A stretch of 38,542 bases of DNA from Verrucomicrobiota bacterium (GTDB lineage Bacteria > Verrucomicrobiota > Verrucomicrobiia > Chthoniobacterales > JAFAMB01). A program made the position numbers and the translations under genes. Each line of letters starts with the position of its first letter. Position 1 is the stretch's first letter. The DNA is taken from NCBI GenBank assembly GCA_019235445.1, contig JAFAKL010000056.1, positions 1-38,542 of the forward strand. The letters run 5' to 3'. This document shows, piece by piece, positions 35,196 through 38,542 of this stretch. Below the pieces are notes generated by a model. That model was not told where the DNA came from. It made no database searches and saw only the letters and a program-made list of their open reading frames with translations.

Positions 35196-35942
35196 TCAGA
35201 TTTTTGGGCGGAAGAATTTTAGTAACTTCCCCAAAGGATCGTAAAACTCGTCCACGATCCGCTCTTTGAGCGGAATAATCGCGTTATCGGTGATAGTGAT
35301 GTGCTCGGGACAAACTTTAGTGCAGCACTTGGTGATGTTGCAGTAGCCGATTCCGCCGGCGGTCTTTAATTCTGGCAGGCGATCCTCGGTGTCGAGCGGA
35401 TGCATCTCGAGCGCGGCCACAAAAACCAGAAAGCGCGGGCCGATGAATTTTTCCTGAAGATGATGATCTCGGAGGACATGGCAGACATCCTGACAAAGGA
35501 AGCACTCGATGCACTTGCGAAATTCCTGGACCCGATCGATGTCTTCCTGGGCGATGCGCCAGGTGCCGTCCGGCGCGTCGGGCGGACGCGGGTTGAATTT
35601 TTTGATGCTTTTTTTGACGCGAAAATTCCACGAGACGTCGGTGGCCAGATCCCGTATGCATGGAAAAGCCCTCATCGGCTCGAGGGTGACTGGTTCATCA
35701 AGCGGTATCGCGTCCAGTCGCGTCATGCACATGAGCTTAGGCACTCCGTTGATTTCCGCGGAACAGGAACCGCACTTGCCCGCTTTGCAATTCCACCGGC
35801 AGGCCAGATCGTTGGCCTGTTGAGCTTGAATTGCGTGCACAGCGTCGAGCACGACCATGCCCTCGGTAACTTCCGTGGAGTATTCGGAAAATTCTCCGCC
35901 GTTTGCGTCTCCCCGCCAGATTTTGAAAACCGCTGTTTTCAT
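35196..35942 (-). CDS. sdhB: Succinate dehydrogenase / fumarate reductase iron-sulfur subunit
   Basis: The 2Fe-2S motif is CRWNCKAGKCGSCSAEINGVPKLMC, the 4Fe-4S motif is CIECFLCQDVC and the 3Fe-4S motif is CNITKCCTKVCP. The start overlaps the sdhA stop (ATGA). Confidence 0.92.
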   Translation of the reverse strand: MKTAVFKIWRGDANGGEFSEYSTEVTEGMVVLDAVHAIQAQQANDLACRWNCKAGKCGSCSAEINGVPKLMCMTRLDAIPLDEPVTLEPMRAFPCIRDLATDVSWNFRVKKSIKKFNPRPPDAPDGTWRIAQEDIDRVQEFRKCIECFLCQDVCHVLRDHHLQEKFIGPRFLVFVAALEMHPLDTEDRLPELKTAGGIGYCNITKCCTKVCPEHITITDNAIIPLKERIVDEFYDPLGKLLKFFRPKI

Positions 35943-37765
35943 TTCATTTCCTCGATGATTTGTTTCAAATCGGGCGGCATTTCGGGAATGTTTTCTCGCC
36001 GGACATTCATCGAGCCGTCCGCGTCTTTGCGGACAACGATATTCATTTTGCCTTCAGAGCTATCCTTATTTGGAAAATCCTCGCGAAAATGTCCCCCGCG
36101 GCTCTCCTTCCGCTGTATCGCTGCGCAGGTGATAGCTTCCGAAACCGTGAGCAAGTTTTTCAAATCGAGAGCGGTGTGCCAGCCAGGGTTGTATTCCCGG
36201 TGACCGTGGACGATCACGTTCTTCGCCCTTCGCCAAAGCTGATCGAGTTCGGCTAAAGCCCGAGTCATTTCCCTCTCGCGCCGCACGATGCCAACCAGGT
36301 TTTGCATCATCTCCTGTAGATCGTGTTGAATCTGGTAAGGGCCTTCGGCGGTTCCGGTTGCTTTGACTGAGCGCTCAAACGGTTCCAGGGCTTGTCGGGC
36401 AGCCTCTTCGACCTGGACGTCATTAATCTGGCTGCTGCTGGATTCTTTGCTGTATTTGGCGGCGAATTCACCCGCGCGTTTACCGAATACCAGCAGATCG
36501 GACAACGAATTGCCTCCGAGCCGGTTTGATCCGTGCAATCCCGCGGCCACTTCGCCCGCCGCGAAAAGCCCGGGTACATTGGACATCTGGGTTTCGGCAT
36601 CCACTCGTACCCCGCCCATGATGTAATGGGTCGTCGGCCCGACTTCCATCGGCTCCTTGGTGATATCCAGGTTGGCGAGCTGCATAAATTGATGATACAT
36701 GCTCGGCAACTTTTTCTTGATGTGTTCTGCGGCGTTCGGGAGTTTTTCCTTGATCCAGGCGATGTCAAGAAATATACCCCCATGCGGACTGCCGCGGCCG
36801 GCTTTTACCTCATCCACGATGCATCGCGCGACGTGATCGCGGGTGAGAAGTTCAGGCGGGCGGCGGGCATTTTTGTCCCCCTGAGTGTAACGCCATCCCT
36901 CTTCCGGGTTGTCTGCGGTTTGAGCTTTGTAGGCGTCGGGAATCCCGGAAAACATGAACCGCTTTCCTTCGTTGTTGAGCAGGACGCCTCCTTCGCCGCG
37001 CACGCCTTCGGTGACAAGGATACCCATCACGCTTGGCGGCCAGATCATGCCGGTGGGATGAAACTGAACAAACTCCATGTCGATCAATTCCGCGCCGGCA
37101 TGATAGGCAAGTGATTGTCCATCGCCGGTATATTCCCAGGAATTGCTGGTGATTCGGTAAGCCCGGCCAATCCCGCCGGTGGCGAGGATGATTGCTTTGG
37201 CTTTGAAAACCTTGAAGCGCCCGCGTTCCCGATCGTAGCCGAAGGCACCTGCCACGCGGTCGCCGTCTTTGAGCAACGTAACCACCGTGTGCTCCATGTG
37301 TGTCTCAATTCCCTGGTGAATGCCGTGGTCCTGCAGGGTGCGGATCAATTCCAGACCGGTCCGATCACCGACGTGAGCAAGTCGGGGATAACGGTGACCA
37401 CCGAAGTTGCGCTGCAGAATTCTTCCGTCTGCGGTGCGGTCAAACACTGCGCCCCAAGCTTCTAGTTCGCGCACCCGGTCGGGTGCTTCCTTCGCGTGCA
37501 ATTCCGCCATCCGCCAATTGTTGATGTACTGACCGCCCCGCATCGTATCAGCGAAATGAACTTTCCAGTTGTCGCGATCATCCACGTTTGCCAGCGCTGC
37601 GGCCATGCCGCCTTCCGCCATCACCGTATGCGCCTTGCCGAGAAGGGATTTACAAATCAGTCCAACCCGAACGCCGGCGGCCGAAGCTTCAATCGCTGAA
37701 CGCAAACCGGCACCGCCGGCCCCAATGACGAGTACATCATATTCGAGGGTTGGGTAGTTACTCAC
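35939..37765 (-). CDS. sdhA: Succinate dehydrogenase / fumarate reductase flavoprotein subunit
   Basis: YDVLVIGAGGAGLRSAIEA, the covalent-FAD His region KAHTVMAEGG, FVQFHPTG, TEGVRGEGG, HYIMGGV and GSNRLGGNSL are all present. Confidence 0.95.
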   Translation of the reverse strand: MSNYPTLEYDVLVIGAGGAGLRSAIEASAAGVRVGLICKSLLGKAHTVMAEGGMAAALANVDDRDNWKVHFADTMRGGQYINNWRMAELHAKEAPDRVRELEAWGAVFDRTADGRILQRNFGGHRYPRLAHVGDRTGLELIRTLQDHGIHQGIETHMEHTVVTLLKDGDRVAGAFGYDRERGRFKVFKAKAIILATGGIGRAYRITSNSWEYTGDGQSLAYHAGAELIDMEFVQFHPTGMIWPPSVMGILVTEGVRGEGGVLLNNEGKRFMFSGIPDAYKAQTADNPEEGWRYTQGDKNARRPPELLTRDHVARCIVDEVKAGRGSPHGGIFLDIAWIKEKLPNAAEHIKKKLPSMYHQFMQLANLDITKEPMEVGPTTHYIMGGVRVDAETQMSNVPGLFAAGEVAAGLHGSNRLGGNSLSDLLVFGKRAGEFAAKYSKESSSSQINDVQVEEAARQALEPFERSVKATGTAEGPYQIQHDLQEMMQNLVGIVRREREMTRALAELDQLWRRAKNVIVHGHREYNPGWHTALDLKNLLTVSEAITCAAIQRKESRGGHFREDFPNKDSSEGKMNIVVRKDADGSMNVRRENIPEMPPDLKQIIEEMK

Positions 37766-37843
37766 TTGGTTCGCAGAAGCATCCGAACATTTGGGTGGAT
37801 CCGGTGGGCCGGCTTATCAATACAACCTTTCAACATTCAACGC

Positions 37844-38542
37844 TTAAAAAAACCTCCAATCGTGCCAGAGACCCATGGAACAGAGCCGCACATAGAGGTC
37901 AGTGAATCCGACCCAGAACAGGCTCAACCAGGCACAAAGCATATGGCGGCGGTTCAGGCAACTCACGCAGGCGTAACTTCTGGCGCAGACAGGCACTTTA
38001 GAAACTTCATCCAGGAAACCTCCGATCAGATGGCGGAGGGAATGGCAGCCAAACGTATAGCTGCCAAGTAACAAAACATTCACCGTCAGAACGACCGTTC
38101 CAACGCCGATGCCAAAATGCCGCGCACCCAGATTATCTCGGAACCACATCGCCTTCCACGCGTCGTGAGCCAGAATAAGGATGAACACCACCGCGAGGTA
38201 AAGAAAGTAGCGGTGAATGTTCTGCATGATCAGCGGGAAAGAGGTTTCGCCCGGATATCCTTTGCGCGGCTCGCCAACGGCACACGCAGGCGGATCAGCC
38301 CAGAACGCCTTGTAATAAGCGCCACGGTAGTAGTAACAGGTGAGGCGAAACCCGGCCGGCGCCCAGAGCACTAGAAAAGCGGGCGAGAATAGGAGCCAGG
38401 AGGGCCACCAGCCGGGTCTGGGGCCAAAAATCGCGTGCGGCGAGCTGCCGAAAAGCTCGGGTGAGTAAAAAGGTGAAAGATAGTCGGATCCGGTTTGATC
38501 GAACCAGTAATGCACCCCCTGAAATGCGGCCCAGGTCGAATA
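37844..38542 (-). CDS. Succinate dehydrogenase / fumarate reductase membrane anchor (cytochrome b-type); 5' end beyond the window
   Basis: The minus-strand frame stays open to nt 38542; the listed start at 38515 is a GTG. The protein is multi-TM, with conserved-looking RLTCYYYRGAYYKAFW and His-containing helices (NIHRYFLY, FGCHSLRHL). It lies 78 nt upstream of sdhA. Confidence 0.7.
   Translation of the reverse strand, partial: YSTWAAFQGVHYWFDQTGSDYLSPFYSPELFGSSPHAIFGPRPGWWPSWLLFSPAFLVLWAPAGFRLTCYYYRGAYYKAFWADPPACAVGEPRKGYPGETSFPLIMQNIHRYFLYLAVVFILILAHDAWKAMWFRDNLGARHFGIGVGTVVLTVNVLLLGSYTFGCHSLRHLIGGFLDEVSKVPVCARSYACVSCLNRRHMLCAWLSLFWVGFTDLYVRLCSMGLWHDWRFF

Noticed and set aside
1-38542. CRISPR arrays, rRNA, tRNA/tmRNA, integrase or att-type boundaries, and convincing Rho-independent terminators
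   Set aside because: I found no regularly spaced direct repeats, no T-loop (GGTTCGAATCC-like) contexts with acceptor stems, and no tyrosine or serine recombinase motifs. The few hairpins after genes (e.g. 23176-23194, 20321-20334) have 4-6-bp stems without a U-tract.

Overview
This is a 38.5-kb bacterial chromosomal window. G+C is moderately high, about 65-68% in hand-counted core genes, with more AT-rich patches at about 14.7-16.3, 25.6-29 and 33.3-34.5 kb. The taxon cannot be fixed from sequence; the gene content and the COG1943/IS200-like remnant resemble soil Verrucomicrobia- or Acidobacteria-type genomes.

- **1-13.9 kb, the most unusual part.** One tightly packed plus-strand array encodes:
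  - a c-type cytochrome (cytochrome c peroxidase-like) with a multi-helix membrane module inserted into it;
  - a long GMC flavoprotein;
  - a patatin-like lipase whose catalytic motifs are separated by about 8 TM helices;
  - a frameshift-decayed paralogue of the cytochrome;
  - a small unknown protein;
  - a catalase-fold haem protein;
  - an uncharacterised 432-aa protein;
  - a DyP-type peroxidase joined to the 432-aa gene by an ATGA overlap.
- **13.9-17.3 kb.** This is an accessory-looking stretch of small orphan ORFs.
  - It holds one copy of a ~175-nt non-coding repeat; a second, intact copy lies at 28.5 kb.
  - The 14.8-kb copy is interrupted by a ~1.0-kb two-gene cassette flanked by ATTCA.
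  - A decayed C-terminal remnant of acetyl-CoA synthetase lies directly upstream of an intact Pat-type (NDP-forming acyl-CoA synthetase-like + GNAT) protein acetyltransferase.
- **Remainder, mostly ordinary metabolism.**
  - PAS-PAS-SpoIIE phosphatase, CitE-like lyase and a quinone oxidoreductase.
  - An AT-rich Lpd-like flavoprotein that has lost one redox cysteine.
  - Beta-carbonic anhydrase, a GT39 glycosyltransferase, an MFS transporter and a YdeI/DUF1905 protein.
  - A degraded IS200/RAYT-like transposase remnant bracketed by ~85-bp inverted repeats.
  - An sdhCAB-type operon running off the 3' edge.

No rRNA, tRNA or CRISPR array was recognised by eye.
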